Assembly (NCBI GenBank): GCA_029256085.1
Contig: JAQSYP010000001.1
Coordinates: 580,497-644,496, forward strand
Length of the DNA: 64,000 nucleotides
Direction: 5' to 3'
Source of the DNA: Bacillales bacterium
Lineage (GTDB): Bacteria > Bacillota > Bacilli > CAJFEE01
The notes under the pieces are model-generated. The model saw nothing but the letters and a program-made list of their open reading frames with translations. It ran no database searches and was not told the origin of the DNA. Both the position numbers and the translations under genes were made by a program. This document shows positions 7,842-23,160 of the stretch, one piece after another. Within the stretch, counting starts at the first letter, position 1. Every line of letters begins with the position of its first letter.

Positions 7842-10604
7842 ATGGAATATAAAGATACCTTATTAATGCCAAAAACAGACTTCCCAATGCGAGGGAATTT
7901 ACCTGCTCGTGAACCGCAAATCCAAGAAGACTGGAATAGTAAAAATATTTATAAAAAAGTATTAGAAAAAAATAAAAATAAACCTTTATTCATACTGCAT
8001 GATGGTCCGCCGTATGCTAACGGTGATATTCATATTGGCCATGCACTAAATAAAATACTTAAGGATTTTATCACTAGATACAAATCGATGTCAGGGTTTA
8101 ATGCGCCGTATGTTCCAGGTTGGGATACACATGGTTTACCGATTGAACAGGCACTTACAAATACAAAAAAAGTTGATAGAAAAAAAATGTCTGTTGCTGA
8201 ATTCCGAAAGTTATGTGAGGAATACGCATATGAGCAAATTGAAGGTCAAAAAGTACAATTTAAGCGTCTTGGTGTTAGAGGGGACTGGGATAATCCATAT
8301 ATCACATTAAAGCCTGAATACGAGGCGCAACAAATACAAGTATTTGGTGAAATGGCTAAAAAGGGTTATATATATAAAGGATTAAAACCAGTCTATTGGT
8401 CTCCTTCAAGTGAATCTGCACTAGCTGAAGCAGAAATTGAGTATAAAGATAAGAAATCAGCATCGATTTATGTTGCCTTTACGGTTGAAAATGGTAATAA
8501 CGTTCTAAATACCGATGAAAGCATTGTAATCTGGACTACAACCCCATGGACTTTACCTGCTAACCTAGGTATTGCTCTACATCCAGAATTAACTTATGTA
8601 GTAGTCAATGCTAATAATCAAAAATTTGTAGTTGCTGAAGCACTGCTTGAAGAAGTAGCAAAAACTATCGGTTGGGAAGATACTGAAGTTCTTAGCAAAC
8701 ATAAAGGTAGTGAGCTAGAAGGTATAACTTGCAAGCACCCGTTTTATGACAGAACTTCATTAGTTGTACTAGGCGAACACGTAACTACAGAAGCTGGTAC
8801 TGGATGTGTCCATACTGCTCCAGGTCATGGGGAGGACGACTTCTTAGTTGGACAAAAATATAATCTTGGGGTATTGAATCCTGTAGATGATAAAGGGCAT
8901 TTTACTTCAGAAGCACCAGGTTTTGAAGGGTTATTTTACGATAATGCGAACAAGGAAATTACACAGCTTTTAGAAGAAAAAGGCAAGTTGTTAAAATTAG
9001 AGTTTATTACTCATTCTTATCCGCATGATTGGAGAACAAAAAAGCCAGTTATTTTTAGAGCAACAGCTCAGTGGTTTGCATCGATTAAGGATTTCCGTGA
9101 AGAATTATTGACATCAATTCAGAAAGTTGAATGGGTACCAGCGTGGGGGGAAACGAGACTATTTAATATGGTTCGTGACCGTGGTGATTGGTGTATTTCA
9201 AGACAAAGAGCTTGGGGAGTTCCGATTCCTGTATTTTACGGAGAAACTGGTGAAGCAATAATCAATGACGAAACAATAAATCACGTTTCAAAACTATTCA
9301 GACAACATGGTTCAAATATTTGGTTTGAAAGAGATGCTAAAGATTTATTACCAGAAGGATTTACACATCCATCTAGTCCAAATGGTAATTTTACTAAAGA
9401 AACAGATATTATGGATGTTTGGTTTGATTCTGGTTCATCTCATCAATCAGTTTTAGTTGAAAGAGAAGATCTACAAAGTCCAGCTGATTTATATCTTGAA
9501 GGTTCTGACCAGTATCGTGGTTGGTTTAATTCATCTTTATCTACATCAGTTGCTGTAAATGGCCATGCTCCTTATAACGCTGTTTTAAGTCATGGTTTCG
9601 TACTCGATGGTGAAGGAAGAAAGATGTCAAAATCAATTGGTAATGTAATAATTCCTGCAAAGGTAATGAATCAATTAGGTGCAGACATCTTGAGATTATG
9701 GGTAGCATCTGTTGACTATCAATCAGATGTTAGAGTTTCGGATGCGATATTAAAGCAAGTAGCTGAAGTATATAGAAAAATTAGAAATACATTTAGATTC
9801 TTACTAGGAAACCTTTCAGATTTTAATCCTGCAACAGATAGAGTAGAATTAAATGAATTAAGAGAAGTTGATAAGTTTATTTTAATTAGACTAAATGAAA
9901 CAATAAAGTCGGTTAGAGATTCATACGAAAAATATGAATTTGCAGCTATTTATCATGCAATTAATAATTTCTGTACAGTTGATTTAAGTTCTTTCTATCT
10001 GGATTTTACAAAAGATGTACTTTATATCGAACTTGAAGATAATAAAGACAGACGAAGTATTCAAACAGTATACTATGATGTATTGTTATCCCTTACTAAA
10101 TTGTTGACACCAATTTTACCACATACAACTAGTGAAGTATGGGCATTTATCAACGGTGTTACAGAAGAAAGTGTAGAATTAACTGATTTACCTAAAGCAA
10201 TAGAAATTCCTTATAGCAACGAAATTCTACCTAGATGGATAGCATTTATGGAACTTAGAGATGAAGTTCTAAAGGCTCTAGAAGATGCGAGAAATGAAAA
10301 AACAATTGGTAAATCATTAAATGCTAAGTTAACGATTGTTCCTAAAGGGGACGCAAAGAAAGTCTTTGAGAGTATTAATGACAACTTACGTCAAATATTT
10401 ATTGTTTCTCAGCTTGAATTATTAAATGAATCATCACTAATTAGTGATAAATTTAAAGAGTATGGTTCATTGAGTATTTTAGTTGAAAATGCTGATGGAG
10501 AGACATGTGAACGTTGCTGGATGGTAGCAACTGATATAGGAAAAGTAGAAGAACACCCAACAGTGTGCGAACGTTGTGCAAATGTTGTAGAGAATTTGAA
10601 ATAA
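7842..10604 (+). CDS. ileS: Isoleucyl-tRNA synthetase (IleRS1)
   Basis: HIGH and KMSKS motifs, C-terminal CERCW...CERC zinc finger; Ile T-box upstream. Confidence 0.99.
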   Translation: MEYKDTLLMPKTDFPMRGNLPAREPQIQEDWNSKNIYKKVLEKNKNKPLFILHDGPPYANGDIHIGHALNKILKDFITRYKSMSGFNAPYVPGWDTHGLPIEQALTNTKKVDRKKMSVAEFRKLCEEYAYEQIEGQKVQFKRLGVRGDWDNPYITLKPEYEAQQIQVFGEMAKKGYIYKGLKPVYWSPSSESALAEAEIEYKDKKSASIYVAFTVENGNNVLNTDESIVIWTTTPWTLPANLGIALHPELTYVVVNANNQKFVVAEALLEEVAKTIGWEDTEVLSKHKGSELEGITCKHPFYDRTSLVVLGEHVTTEAGTGCVHTAPGHGEDDFLVGQKYNLGVLNPVDDKGHFTSEAPGFEGLFYDNANKEITQLLEEKGKLLKLEFITHSYPHDWRTKKPVIFRATAQWFASIKDFREELLTSIQKVEWVPAWGETRLFNMVRDRGDWCISRQRAWGVPIPVFYGETGEAIINDETINHVSKLFRQHGSNIWFERDAKDLLPEGFTHPSSPNGNFTKETDIMDVWFDSGSSHQSVLVEREDLQSPADLYLEGSDQYRGWFNSSLSTSVAVNGHAPYNAVLSHGFVLDGEGRKMSKSIGNVIIPAKVMNQLGADILRLWVASVDYQSDVRVSDAILKQVAEVYRKIRNTFRFLLGNLSDFNPATDRVELNELREVDKFILIRLNETIKSVRDSYEKYEFAAIYHAINNFCTVDLSSFYLDFTKDVLYIELEDNKDRRSIQTVYYDVLLSLTKLLTPILPHTTSEVWAFINGVTEESVELTDLPKAIEIPYSNEILPRWIAFMELRDEVLKALEDARNEKTIGKSLNAKLTIVPKGDAKKVFESINDNLRQIFIVSQLELLNESSLISDKFKEYGSLSILVENADGETCERCWMVATDIGKVEEHPTVCERCANVVENLK

Positions 10605-10606
10605 AG

Positions 10607-10641
10607 TAACAAGGCTGCTTTCTTGGCAGCCTTTGTTAATT
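10607..10641 (+). terminator. Hairpin terminator after ileS
   Basis: AAGGCTGC/GCAGCCTT stem. Confidence 0.7.
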
Positions 10642-10694
10642 TACCATTAGTATGATAATATTTTATTAAAAATACTTAATTTGATGGAGGAAGT

Positions 10695-11156
10695 GTGTTG
10701 CTTTATTTAGTTGCTGTTATAATTGTTTTGTTTGACCAAATAACAAAATATATAGTTGAGAAACAAATGTACTTAGGTGAATCAATTCCTGTTATAGATA
10801 ACTTTTTAATGATCACCTCACATAGAAATCGCGGTGCTGCTTGGGGAATGTTAGAAGGACAGTTTTTATTATTTTATATTGTCACTGTAATCGTTGTTGT
10901 AGGCTTAATTTACTATGTTAAGAAGAATAATATTGATGATAGATTTACACTAATTACAGTTGGTCTGTTAATAGGTGGTGCATTAGGTAATTTTATTGAT
11001 AGAGTAATTCGTAAAGAAGTTGTAGATTTCATAGATGTACTTATATTCTCATATGATTTTCCTGTATTTAATATCGCGGATTCATCATTATTTATAGGTG
11101 TAGTATTACTTGTAATTCAAACTATTCGTGAAGAACAACTGGGAGAGAAAGCATAA
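10695..11156 (+). CDS. lspA: Lipoprotein signal peptidase II
   Basis: DQITK, NRGAAWG, GNFIDR, VVDF, FNIAD motifs. Confidence 0.97.
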   Translation: MLLYLVAVIIVLFDQITKYIVEKQMYLGESIPVIDNFLMITSHRNRGAAWGMLEGQFLLFYIVTVIVVVGLIYYVKKNNIDDRFTLITVGLLIGGALGNFIDRVIRKEVVDFIDVLIFSYDFPVFNIADSSLFIGVVLLVIQTIREEQLGEKA

Positions 11157-12073
11157 TGGAAAAAATAGAACTAGTAATAGAAATTGAGGACGTAGGACAA
11201 AGATTAGATAAAGTACTTTCGGATAGATTGACAGACTATTCTAGAAGTCAAATACAGACTTGGATCAAGGATAATGACCTATTAGTAAATAATGAAACAA
11301 TAAAAGGAAATTATAAATGTAAAAAAGGTGATAAGATTTCAATTATTGTTCCAGAAGTTGAAGAATTAGAGATATTACCTGAGAACATTTCTTTAGATAT
11401 AGCGTTTGAAGATGATGATGTTATTGTAGTAAATAAACCAAAGGGGATGGTTGTTCACCCAGCTCCAGGTCACTATACTGGTACCCTTGTTAACGCATTG
11501 TTATATCATTGCAAAGACTCTTTGTCAGGTATAAACGGAGTTGCTAGACCAGGAATTGTACATAGAATTGATATGGATACATCTGGTTTACTCATGGTTG
11601 CAAAAAATGATTTTGCTCATGAAAAACTAGTTGATCAACTACAAAAGAAAACAGTTACTAGAAAATATCTAGCAATAGTCCATGGTGAAATTCCACATGA
11701 AAGGGGAACAATTGATGCCCCGATTGGAAGAGATACTGCTGATAGGCAACGAATGACTGTAACTGAAGATAATAGTAGAGAAGCAGTAACGCACTTTGAA
11801 GTTATCGAAAAATTTAAAGACTTCACTTATGTTGAATGTATTTTAGAAACTGGCAGAACTCACCAAATCAGAGTTCATATGAAATATATTGGGTTTCCAT
11901 TAGCAGGTGATCCAAAGTACGGACCGAGAAAAACTCTCGACATAAATGGACAAGCTTTACACGCAGCTGTTCTTGGTTTTAATCACCCAAGAACTAATGA
12001 GTATATTGAATTTTCTAGACCAATACCCGAAGAAATGAACAGGCTGTTACAATTTTTGAAAAATAGTGATTGA
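11156..12073 (+). CDS. rluD: RluA-family 23S rRNA pseudouridine synthase
   Basis: S4 domain, VNKPKG, HRIDMDTSG catalytic motif, GRTHQIRVH. Confidence 0.93.
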   Translation: MEKIELVIEIEDVGQRLDKVLSDRLTDYSRSQIQTWIKDNDLLVNNETIKGNYKCKKGDKISIIVPEVEELEILPENISLDIAFEDDDVIVVNKPKGMVVHPAPGHYTGTLVNALLYHCKDSLSGINGVARPGIVHRIDMDTSGLLMVAKNDFAHEKLVDQLQKKTVTRKYLAIVHGEIPHERGTIDAPIGRDTADRQRMTVTEDNSREAVTHFEVIEKFKDFTYVECILETGRTHQIRVHMKYIGFPLAGDPKYGPRKTLDINGQALHAAVLGFNHPRTNEYIEFSRPIPEEMNRLLQFLKNSD

Positions 12074-12098
12074 CAAATTTTTCAATTAGAAATATACT
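12070..12098 (+). promoter_or_regulatory. sigma-A promoter of pyr operon
   Basis: TTGACA-17bp-TATACT. Confidence 0.85.
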
Positions 12099-12115
12099 TT
12101 GTAAAGATGAATATT

Positions 12116-12828
<713 letters not shown>

Positions 12829-12843
12829 TTGGGGGAAATGAAA

Positions 12844-14145
12844 ATGAATCAGAATAACAAGCCAGTATTAGATATTAATGAAGTACCAGGATTTGGTCAA
12901 TGGGTTTCACTAAGTATTCAACACCTTTTTGCAATGTTTGGTGCAACAGTTTTAGTACCAGTGTTAGTTGGGCTTAGCCCAGCAGTAGCATTAGTATCAT
13001 CGGGTGTTGCAACTCTAGCTTTTATCTTAATTACAAAAGGAAAAGTACCATCATACTTAGGATCTTCATTCGCTTTCATTGCCCCAATAATTGCTATAAA
13101 AGCAACTGGTGGCCCAGAAGCAGCCATGGTCGGGGGTATACTTGTCGGTATTATTTACGCACTAGTAGCATTAGTAATAAAATTCGCAGGTTATGACTTC
13201 ATTCAAAAGCTTTTACCACCAATCGTAGTAGGGCCAGTGATCATGGTAATTGGTTTAGGACTTGCAGGAGTAGCAGTTGACATGGCGATGAACGTAGGTG
13301 GGAAATATAGTTTAGAACACTTCTCTGCGGCATTAGTTACTTTAGCAATAACAATTATCGCAAACGTGTTTGGTAGGGGATTCGTTGCAATAGTTCCAAT
13401 TTTAATAGGTATCATCGGTGGATACTTGTACTCAATGGCAATTGGAATCGTTAACTTCGATATCGTTAGGGATGCAAAATGGTTTGCTGCGCCTGATTTC
13501 ATGGTGCCTTTTGCTCACTACACACCAGAATTAACTTGGAAAATTGCATTAATAATGGTACCAGTAACAATCGTAACTATCTCAGAGCACATTGGTCACC
13601 AATTAGTTTTAGGTAGAGTAATCAATAAAGATATGATTAAGGATCCTGGTTTAGATAGATCATTATTCGCAGACGGAGTAGCGTCAGCAGTTGCATCAGG
13701 TTTAGGTGGAGTTCCAATTACAACTTATGGTGAAAACATCGGAGTACTTGCTTTAACAAGAGCTTACAGCATCTACCTTTTCGTAGGAGCATCAATTTTC
13801 GCAATAATCTTCGGTTTCATTGGTAAAGTATCAGCATTCATAAGTTCTATACCAACACCAGTAATGGGCGGGGTATCAATCCTATTATTCGGTGTAATAG
13901 CATCATCAGGATTAAGAATGTTAGTTGAAGATAAAGTAAACATGGCAGACAAGAGAAACTTAATTATATCATCTGTAATACTTGTAGTAGGTATTGGCGG
14001 AGCAATCTTAAAGATAAGCGAAAACTTTGAAATTGCTGGTATGGCACTTGCAGCAATTCTTGGAGTAATTTTAAACAAAGTTTTACCAGAATCAAAAAAT
14101 ATTAGTAGTGATGAAACTGCAAGCACATCTGAAAACGTAGCCTAG
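12844..14145 (+). CDS. pyrP: Uracil permease (NCS2 family)
   Basis: QHLFAMFGAT, TTYGENIG motifs; start estimated at ATG 12844 (12838 possible). Confidence 0.94.
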   Translation: MNQNNKPVLDINEVPGFGQWVSLSIQHLFAMFGATVLVPVLVGLSPAVALVSSGVATLAFILITKGKVPSYLGSSFAFIAPIIAIKATGGPEAAMVGGILVGIIYALVALVIKFAGYDFIQKLLPPIVVGPVIMVIGLGLAGVAVDMAMNVGGKYSLEHFSAALVTLAITIIANVFGRGFVAIVPILIGIIGGYLYSMAIGIVNFDIVRDAKWFAAPDFMVPFAHYTPELTWKIALIMVPVTIVTISEHIGHQLVLGRVINKDMIKDPGLDRSLFADGVASAVASGLGGVPITTYGENIGVLALTRAYSIYLFVGASIFAIIFGFIGKVSAFISSIPTPVMGGVSILLFGVIASSGLRMLVEDKVNMADKRNLIISSVILVVGIGGAILKISENFEIAGMALAAILGVILNKVLPESKNISSDETASTSENVA

Positions 14146-14161
14146 AATAAACTCATAAAAT

Positions 14162-14278
14162 AATCCTTTTAACTGAGTCCAGAGAGACTTTGAAGGGTGT
14201 GTAATGCTAAGTTTGATCAACCTAGCGTTAGTTTCTCATACACAAAAACACCCTATTCAATAGAATAGGGTGTTTTTT
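14162..14278 (+). promoter_or_regulatory. PyrR-binding attenuator upstream of pyrB
   Basis: CCTTTTAA..AGTCCAGAGAGACT..AAGG binding loop; terminator AAAAACACCCTATTC/GAATAGGGTGTTTTT. Confidence 0.92.
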
Positions 14279-14306
14279 AAAAATAAAAATAGATAGGAGA
14301 TTTGCT

Positions 14307-15242
14307 ATGAACCACTTGATATCCCTAAAGAAACTTAGTGTCTCAGAAATATTAGATATTCTTCGTGATGCAACAAGGCTTAAAAACGGTGATGAATATA
14401 AGTTTAATAGCAATCTATACATGACAAATTTATTTTATGAACCTAGCACTAGAACTAAGATAAGTTTTGAACTAGCACAAAGAAAGCTAGGGATTAATAT
14501 TATAAACTTTGATATTAATAACTCAAGCATGCAAAAAGGTGAAAGCTTATACGACACTGTAAAAACTATCGAAGCTATGGGAATTCACTCTGTTGTAATT
14601 AGACATTCTATGGAACAATATTATAAAGAACTTATAGGTGGATGTAACATAAGCATTTTTAATGCTGGTGATGGATGTGGAGAGCACCCAACTCAAACTT
14701 TACTAGATTTATTAACAATTCAAAATGAATTTGGTAGTTTTGAAGGGTTAGCAATAACAATAGTTGGTGATATCTTACATAGTAGAGTTGCAAAATCTAA
14801 TGCTGAAATACTCTCAAGGTTAGGTGTGAAACTGTATTTTTCAGGACCGAAAGAATGGTTCGATGATGTTTGTGAATATGGGACTTACATTGATATTGAA
14901 GAAGCAATAGAAATTTCGGACGTTATAATGCTATTACGTGTGCAGCACGAGAGACATAAGCCAGGCCAAGAATATTTAATGAAAAATTATCATGAAATGT
15001 ATGGTTTGACTTTAGATAGAGAAAGAAGACTAAAAACTAATTGTATAATTATGCACCCGGCTCCAGTTAATCGAGGTGTGGAAATTGATAGTAGATTAGT
15101 TGAATGTAAACGATCCAGAATTTTCAATCAGGTAAATAATGGAGTATTTGTAAGGATGGCAGCCATAAAGCACATATTACAACATAAATATGGAGGGAAT
15201 TTCATTGAATCTTCTAATAAAAAATGGCAGTCTATTGTCTGA
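14307..15242 (+). CDS. pyrB: Aspartate carbamoyltransferase
   Basis: FYEPSTRT, HPTQ, HPAP motifs. Confidence 0.97.
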   Translation: MNHLISLKKLSVSEILDILRDATRLKNGDEYKFNSNLYMTNLFYEPSTRTKISFELAQRKLGINIINFDINNSSMQKGESLYDTVKTIEAMGIHSVVIRHSMEQYYKELIGGCNISIFNAGDGCGEHPTQTLLDLLTIQNEFGSFEGLAITIVGDILHSRVAKSNAEILSRLGVKLYFSGPKEWFDDVCEYGTYIDIEEAIEISDVIMLLRVQHERHKPGQEYLMKNYHEMYGLTLDRERRLKTNCIIMHPAPVNRGVEIDSRLVECKRSRIFNQVNNGVFVRMAAIKHILQHKYGGNFIESSNKKWQSIV

Positions 15243-16479
15243 TAATAATGAAATTAATATTAAAGATATTTATATAGAAAATGGGATTATAAAGAGCATC
15301 TGTAATAATATTTCAGTTGAAGATGTAGAAACTTATGATGCAAAAGGTTTATTTATAGCTCCTGGTTTTATAGACGTACACGTACATCTTAGAGAACCAG
15401 GTTACGAGTATAAAGAAACAATTGAAACAGGTACAAGAGCTGCAGCAGCAGGTGGTTTTACACAAATTGCAGCAATGCCAAATACAAATCCTGTACCAGA
15501 TCGAAAAGAAGTTATTGAAAAATTTCGAAATATGTATAATAATAATAAAGTATTCATAAAAACGCATTATTATTCATCTATTAGTAAAAAGCAGTTAGGT
15601 AATGAATTAGTAAACTTTAAAGAAATGGCTCAAGCAGGAGCATTCGCTTTTAGTGACGATGGAGTTGGGGTTCAAAGTGCCGGAATGATGTTTCAAGCGA
15701 TGAAACATGCAGCAGAAGTAAATAAGGTAATAGTAGCTCACTGTGAGGATCGTTCACTACTTAATGGCGGAGTATTTAATGAGGGAGAAACTTCTCAACA
15801 TTTAAATGTAAAGGGCATTAATTCAGTTAGCGAATCTGTTCAAGTTGCAAGGGATGTTCTACTTGCTGAGGCTGCCAAGTGTCAATATCACGTATGTCAT
15901 ATTAGTACGAGTGAATCTGTTAGAACTGTAAGAGATGCTAAAGCCGCTGGAATAAAAGTTACTTGTGAGGTAACTCCACATCACCTTTTATTATGTGACA
16001 AACATATTACTTCTTTAGATTCAAATTTTAAAATGAATCCGCCTCTAAGAAGCGAAGAGGATATGAGAGCCTTAATTAACGGTGTTGTTGATGGAACGAT
16101 AGATTGCATTGCTACTGATCATGCACCTCATAGTGAAGAAGAGAAATCAGAAGGAATCGAGAAAGCCCCTTTTGGAATAGTTGGCCTTGAAACTGCATTT
16201 CCACTTCTCTATACAAATCTAGTATTAAAGAACATAATATCTTTAAATAGATTAGTAGAGTTACTTAGTAAAAATCCAGCTAAAATCTTTAACCTAAATG
16301 GCGGAGAAATAGTAGAAGGTAAGCCTGCGGATTTGGTTATTATTGATTTGAATATGAGTATGAAAATAAATAAAAATGAATTTTTATCAAAAGGCAGGAA
16401 CACGCCTTTTGATAAATGGGAATGTATAGGTTGGCCCGTTGCAACTTTTGTTGATGGTAAGCTAGTTTGGGAAAGGTAG
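15205..16479 (+). CDS. pyrC: Dihydroorotase
   Basis: [24 protein letters not shown]; start moved to TTG 15205 after GGAGGG. Confidence 0.96.
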   Translation: MNLLIKNGSLLSDNNEINIKDIYIENGIIKSICNNISVEDVETYDAKGLFIAPGFIDVHVHLREPGYEYKETIETGTRAAAAGGFTQIAAMPNTNPVPDRKEVIEKFRNMYNNNKVFIKTHYYSSISKKQLGNELVNFKEMAQAGAFAFSDDGVGVQSAGMMFQAMKHAAEVNKVIVAHCEDRSLLNGGVFNEGETSQHLNVKGINSVSESVQVARDVLLAEAAKCQYHVCHISTSESVRTVRDAKAAGIKVTCEVTPHHLLLCDKHITSLDSNFKMNPPLRSEEDMRALINGVVDGTIDCIATDHAPHSEEEKSEGIEKAPFGIVGLETAFPLLYTNLVLKNIISLNRLVELLSKNPAKIFNLNGGEIVEGKPADLVIIDLNMSMKINKNEFLSKGRNTPFDKWECIGWPVATFVDGKLVWER

Positions 16480-16486
16480 GATTGAT

Positions 16487-17587
16487 ATGAAAAGATATTT
16501 AATACTTGAAGATGGTACTGTTTTTGTAGGCAAGGCATTTGGTGGAGATTGCGATCAGGCAGGTGAAGTAGTATTTAATACTGGAATGACAGGTTATCAA
16601 GAAATACTGTCAGATCCTTCGTATTGTAGCCAAATTGTTGTGTTAACGTACCCTTTGATTGGAAACTATGGCATAAATCGTGATGATTTCGAATCAATCG
16701 TACCATCAATCCATGGTTTAATTGTTAAGGAAGCATGTGATTTTCCTTCAAATTTCAGAAAACAAATGACACTAGATGAATATTTAAAATTAAGAAATGT
16801 TCCCGGTATTTCTGGTGTTGATACTAGAAAACTTACAAAATTAATAAGAGAACACGGTACATTAAAGGGTAAAATATGTTCTGGTAAGGTTAATATAGAC
16901 AAGGAATTACTGAATTTAAGAAAAATGAATTTGCCTAGTGATCAAGTTTCAAAGGTGTCGGCAAAAGATCCGTACGCATCACCTGGACGTGGTCATAGAG
17001 TAGTTTTGGTAGATTTTGGCATGAAGCACGGTATACTTCGAGAGCTAAATAAAAGAGACTGTGATGTAATTGTAGTTCCACATAATACTTCTGCAGAAGA
17101 AATCCTTGCACTTCAACCTGATGGTGTAATGCTTAGTAATGGTCCTGGTGATCCGAAGGTAGTAACAAGTGCAATTACAATGATTCAAAAATTATTAGGT
17201 ATAGTTCCAATCTTTGGGATTTGCCTTGGCCACCAATTATTTGCACTAGCAAGTGGTGCAAATACAGAAAAGATGAAGTTTGGACATAGAGGTTCTAATC
17301 ACCCTGTAAAGGATCTTGCAACTGGTAAAGTTCATATTACATCTCAAAATCATGGATATACAGTTGAAGAAGATTCAATTAAAAATACTGAATTAATCGT
17401 TACTCATATAGCAGTTAATGACAAAACAATAGAAGGTCTAAAGCATAAAACATTCCCGGCCTTTACTGTTCAATACCATCCTGAAGCTTCACCAGGTCCG
17501 GAAGATTCAAATATCCTATTTGATGATTTTATAAGATTAATAGATAAACATAAAGTAAAGGGGGAGCTTGAATGCCAAAACGTCTAG
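16487..17587 (+). CDS. pyrAA: Carbamoyl-phosphate synthase small subunit (pyrimidine-specific)
   Basis: [31 protein letters not shown]. Confidence 0.97.
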   Translation: MKRYLILEDGTVFVGKAFGGDCDQAGEVVFNTGMTGYQEILSDPSYCSQIVVLTYPLIGNYGINRDDFESIVPSIHGLIVKEACDFPSNFRKQMTLDEYLKLRNVPGISGVDTRKLTKLIREHGTLKGKICSGKVNIDKELLNLRKMNLPSDQVSKVSAKDPYASPGRGHRVVLVDFGMKHGILRELNKRDCDVIVVPHNTSAEEILALQPDGVMLSNGPGDPKVVTSAITMIQKLLGIVPIFGICLGHQLFALASGANTEKMKFGHRGSNHPVKDLATGKVHITSQNHGYTVEEDSIKNTELIVTHIAVNDKTIEGLKHKTFPAFTVQYHPEASPGPEDSNILFDDFIRLIDKHKVKGELECQNV

Positions 17588-20500
17588 ATATACAAACAAT
17601 ATTAGTAATTGGATCGGGTCCAATAATAATCGGTCAAGCAGCAGAGTTCGATTATTCTGGTACACAAGCTTGCCTTGCATTAAAAGAAGAAGGATACAAT
17701 GTAATATTAGTAAATTCAAATCCGGCAACAATAATGACTGATCCATCTACGGCTGACAAGGTTTATATAGAACCACTAACTCTAGAGTTTGTTAGTAGAA
17801 TTATTCGAAAAGAGCGTCCAGATGCAATACTTCCTACTTTAGGAGGTCAAACTGGATTAAATTTAGCGGTTGAACTCGCAAATTCAGGTGTACTAGATGA
17901 GTGTAATGTAGAAGTATTAGGTACAACACTAAGTTCAATTAAAAAAGCAGAAGATAGAGATTTATTTCGAAACTTAATGTATGAAATCGGTGAACCTGTA
18001 CCCGAAAGTACAATTATCCATAGCCTTGAGGAAGCTTATGTTTTTGTTCAAAAAATTGGATATCCGGTTATTGTTAGACCAGCCTATACATTAGGTGGTA
18101 CTGGTGGTGGAATTTGTAATAATGAAGCTGAACTTATTGAAATTGTTACTTCTGGAATAAAAAATAGCCCAGTTAGTCAGTGTTTACTAGAAATGAGTAT
18201 TGCTGGATATAAGGAAATAGAGTATGAAGTAATGCGTGACTCGAACGACAATGCAATAGTTGTATGTAATATGGAAAACTTTGACCCTGTAGGTGTACAC
18301 ACAGGTGATTCAATTGTATTTGCACCGAGTCAAACATTATCAGATAGAGAATATCAACTTTTGAGAAATGTCTCATTAAAAATAATTAGAGCATTAAAAA
18401 TTGAAGGTGGATGCAATGTACAAATTGCATTAGATCCTCACTCAATGAATTATTTTATAATCGAAGTAAATCCACGTGTAAGCCGTTCATCAGCTCTTGC
18501 TTCAAAAGCAACTGGATACCCTATTGCAAAACTTGCAGCTAAGATAGCTGTTGGCTTAACACTCGATGAAATGGAAAATCCTGTTACAGGTAAAACTTAT
18601 GCAAGCTTTGAACCAGCTTTAGACTACATCGTTACAAAGATTCCAAGATGGCCATTTGATAAATTTCAAAATGGAAATAGATTACTAGGCACTCAAATGA
18701 AAGCTACTGGGGAAGTAATGGCGATTGGAAGAACACTCGAAGAATCTTTACTTAAAGCGGTTAGATCATTAGAACTTGGTGTTAGTCATATTGAAATTAA
18801 AGGTTTTGCAGATTTGGACATTGATTTTATTAAACAAAAAATTTCAAATGCAGATGATGAGAGATTATTCTATATTGCCGAGGCATTAAGAAAAGGTCTA
18901 ACTATAGAGGAAATTCATGAAATTAGTATGATTGACTTGTTCTACCTATTCAAACTTGAAAAAATAATAAAGTATGAGAGTGTAATTAAAGAAAATAAGG
19001 TTGATCTAGATACTTTAAGACAAGCCAAAGCAATGGGTTTTAGTGACAAATACATTTCTACTATATGGGAAATGAAAGAATTAGAACTTTATAACCTTAG
19101 AAAAGAAAAAAATATTTTCCCAGTTTATAAAATAGTTGATACTTGTGCAGGTGAATTTGAAGCTTCAACTCCATATTATTATGGAACTTATGAAGAAGAA
19201 AACGATTCTTTTAAAACAGGTAAGAAGAGTGTAGTAGTTTTAGGATCTGGTCCGATTCGAATTGGCCAAGGGATTGAATTTGATTATGCAACTGTTCACT
19301 CTGTACGTGCAATAAAGGAATCAGGTTACGAAGCAATAATTATAAATAACAACCCTGAGACAGTTTCTACTGATTTTACTATCTCTGATAAGTTATACTT
19401 TGAACCTTTAGCTATAGAAGACGTAATGCATGTTCTTGAACTAGAAAAGCCTATCGGTGTTGTTGTACAGTTTGGTGGTCAAACAGCTATCAACCTAGCG
19501 TCTAAACTACATGAACGTGGAATTAAAATTCTAGGAACTTCTTTAGAAGCATTAGACAAGGCTGAAGATAGAGATAAGTTTGAACAATGTCTGTCTAACC
19601 TTAGAATTCCACAGCCTCTTGGAAAAACAGCAACTTCTGTTAAACAAGCATTACTAATAGCTAAGGAGATCGGTTATCCAATTTTGGTAAGACCATCATA
19701 TGTACTTGGTGGAAGAGCAATGCAGATAGTTGAAAGAGAAGAAGAGTTATACAATTATATGGAAAGTGCAGTTAAAGCAAGTCCTGAGCACCCTGTGCTT
19801 ATTGATAGATATTTAGCAGGAAAAGAAGTAGAAGTTGATGCAATTTCAGATGGTGTTACTGTCTTCATACCTGGAATAATGGAACATATCGAACGAGCAG
19901 GTGTTCACTCTGGTGATTCAATTGCTGTTTATCCACCGCAGTTTATTTCAGAAAAAGTTAAAAAGCAAGTTATAGATTATACAACAAAGATTGCACGAGG
20001 CTTGAAGATAATTGGATTATTAAACATTCAGTTTGTAATTAATGGTGACAATGCCTATGTACTCGAAGTGAATCCACGCTCAAGTAGAACAGTTCCTTTT
20101 TTAAGTAAAATTACTGGAATACCGATGGCAAATCTAGCTACAAAAGTTATGCTAGGTCAAAAGTTAAAAAAGCTCGGTTTTGAATCGGGGTATTTACCTG
20201 AAAAGCAAGGTGTTTATGTAAAAGCCCCAGTATTTTCATTTGCGAAACTTAGAGCGGTTGATACGACTCTTGGTCCAGAAATGAAGTCAACTGGTGAAGT
20301 TATGGGTAAGGATACTACTCTTGAAAAAGCTCTATATAAAGGTTTAGTAGCATCAGGAATTAACATTCCAACTTTTGGAACTGTTATAATTACAGTTGCT
20401 GATAAGGATAAGGAAGAAGCCGTTGATATTGCTAAGAGATTCCACAAAATTGGTTATAGAGTAATGGCAACTGAAGGTACTGCTGAAGTTCTCCAAAAAG

Positions 20501-20781
20501 ATGGCACTCCAGTTATATTAATTAATAAGATTGGCGAAGAAGGTAAAAATCTAGTTGATGTAATCCGTGCGGGTGAAGCACAATTTGTAATCAACACATT
20601 AACTAAAGGAAAACAACCGGTGCGAGATGGCTTTAAAATTAGAAGAGAGTCTGTAGATAATGGTGTTGCATGTTTAACATCATTAGATACTGCAACAGCT
20701 ATTTTAAGAGTTCTGGAGTCTATGACATTCTCAACAGATTTCATGAATGAAGGTGAATTAAAAGAGGTGACATTCGTCTAA
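17572..20781 (+). CDS. pyrAB: Carbamoyl-phosphate synthase large subunit (pyrimidine-specific)
   Basis: [17 protein letters not shown]; duplicated ATP-grasp domains; MGS domain. Confidence 0.98.
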   Translation: MPKRLDIQTILVIGSGPIIIGQAAEFDYSGTQACLALKEEGYNVILVNSNPATIMTDPSTADKVYIEPLTLEFVSRIIRKERPDAILPTLGGQTGLNLAVELANSGVLDECNVEVLGTTLSSIKKAEDRDLFRNLMYEIGEPVPESTIIHSLEEAYVFVQKIGYPVIVRPAYTLGGTGGGICNNEAELIEIVTSGIKNSPVSQCLLEMSIAGYKEIEYEVMRDSNDNAIVVCNMENFDPVGVHTGDSIVFAPSQTLSDREYQLLRNVSLKIIRALKIEGGCNVQIALDPHSMNYFIIEVNPRVSRSSALASKATGYPIAKLAAKIAVGLTLDEMENPVTGKTYASFEPALDYIVTKIPRWPFDKFQNGNRLLGTQMKATGEVMAIGRTLEESLLKAVRSLELGVSHIEIKGFADLDIDFIKQKISNADDERLFYIAEALRKGLTIEEIHEISMIDLFYLFKLEKIIKYESVIKENKVDLDTLRQAKAMGFSDKYISTIWEMKELELYNLRKEKNIFPVYKIVDTCAGEFEASTPYYYGTYEEENDSFKTGKKSVVVLGSGPIRIGQGIEFDYATVHSVRAIKESGYEAIIINNNPETVSTDFTISDKLYFEPLAIEDVMHVLELEKPIGVVVQFGGQTAINLASKLHERGIKILGTSLEALDKAEDRDKFEQCLSNLRIPQPLGKTATSVKQALLIAKEIGYPILVRPSYVLGGRAMQIVEREEELYNYMESAVKASPEHPVLIDRYLAGKEVEVDAISDGVTVFIPGIMEHIERAGVHSGDSIAVYPPQFISEKVKKQVIDYTTKIARGLKIIGLLNIQFVINGDNAYVLEVNPRSSRTVPFLSKITGIPMANLATKVMLGQKLKKLGFESGYLPEKQGVYVKAPVFSFAKLRAVDTTLGPEMKSTGEVMGKDTTLEKALYKGLVASGINIPTFGTVIITVADKDKEEAVDIAKRFHKIGYRVMATEGTAEVLQKDGTPVILINKIGEEGKNLVDVIRAGEAQFVINTLTKGKQPVRDGFKIRRESVDNGVACLTSLDTATAILRVLESMTFSTDFMNEGELKEVTFV

Positions 20782-21548
20782 TGAGAACAGCTAATTCTAC
20801 TATCATTGAAAAAGATATTCTAATAGATAATGTCGTGAAAATAAGCCTTAAAAGCGATTTAGTTGACCTAAAAATTAGACCGGGACAATTTGTAAATATT
20901 TTAATTGGTGCGACTGGAGAGACTACTCTCCGTCGCCCTATTAGTGTATACGAAATTGACTCTGAAAATAAGTCTTTCACTATCATTTTCAGAGTAGAAG
21001 GTAAAGGAACAAGGCTTCTATCAGAAAAAACTGTAGGTGAAGAAGTAAACATTTTAGGCCCCCTAGGCAATGGATTTCCTTTGGACAAAGTTCAAAAGGG
21101 ACAAACAGTAATTTTAGTTGGAGGGGGAATTGGGATTCCACCTTTATATGAAACATCAAAACAATTAAAAAAATTAGGTGCAAATGTAATTCACATTTTA
21201 GGATTTAATACTGCGAGTGACAGTTTTCTAATTGAAAACTTTAGTGAACTAAATAAAACATATGTTAGTACGGTCGATGGTTCTTTTGGTCAAAAAGGTT
21301 TTGTTACAGATGTAATAAAAAGAATTAATTTAGATTACGATTATGTATTTGCATGTGGGCCAAAGCCGATGTTAAAAGCATTAGAAAATATAATGGATAA
21401 CTCTAAGTTATATCTTTCATACGAGGAAAGAATGGCCTGTGGTATTGGTGCATGTTTTGCATGCGTCTGCAAAACTAAAAAATCAGAAACAGATTACAAA
21501 CGTGTATGTAAAGAGGGACCAGTTTTCTTAGCGGGAGAGGTGATCTAG
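20781..21548 (+). CDS. pyrK: Dihydroorotate dehydrogenase electron-transfer subunit
   Basis: LRRPIS, GGGIGIPP, CGIGACFAC 2Fe-2S motif. Confidence 0.96.
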   Translation: MRTANSTIIEKDILIDNVVKISLKSDLVDLKIRPGQFVNILIGATGETTLRRPISVYEIDSENKSFTIIFRVEGKGTRLLSEKTVGEEVNILGPLGNGFPLDKVQKGQTVILVGGGIGIPPLYETSKQLKKLGANVIHILGFNTASDSFLIENFSELNKTYVSTVDGSFGQKGFVTDVIKRINLDYDYVFACGPKPMLKALENIMDNSKLYLSYEERMACGIGACFACVCKTKKSETDYKRVCKEGPVFLAGEVI

Positions 21549-23160
<1,612 letters not shown>

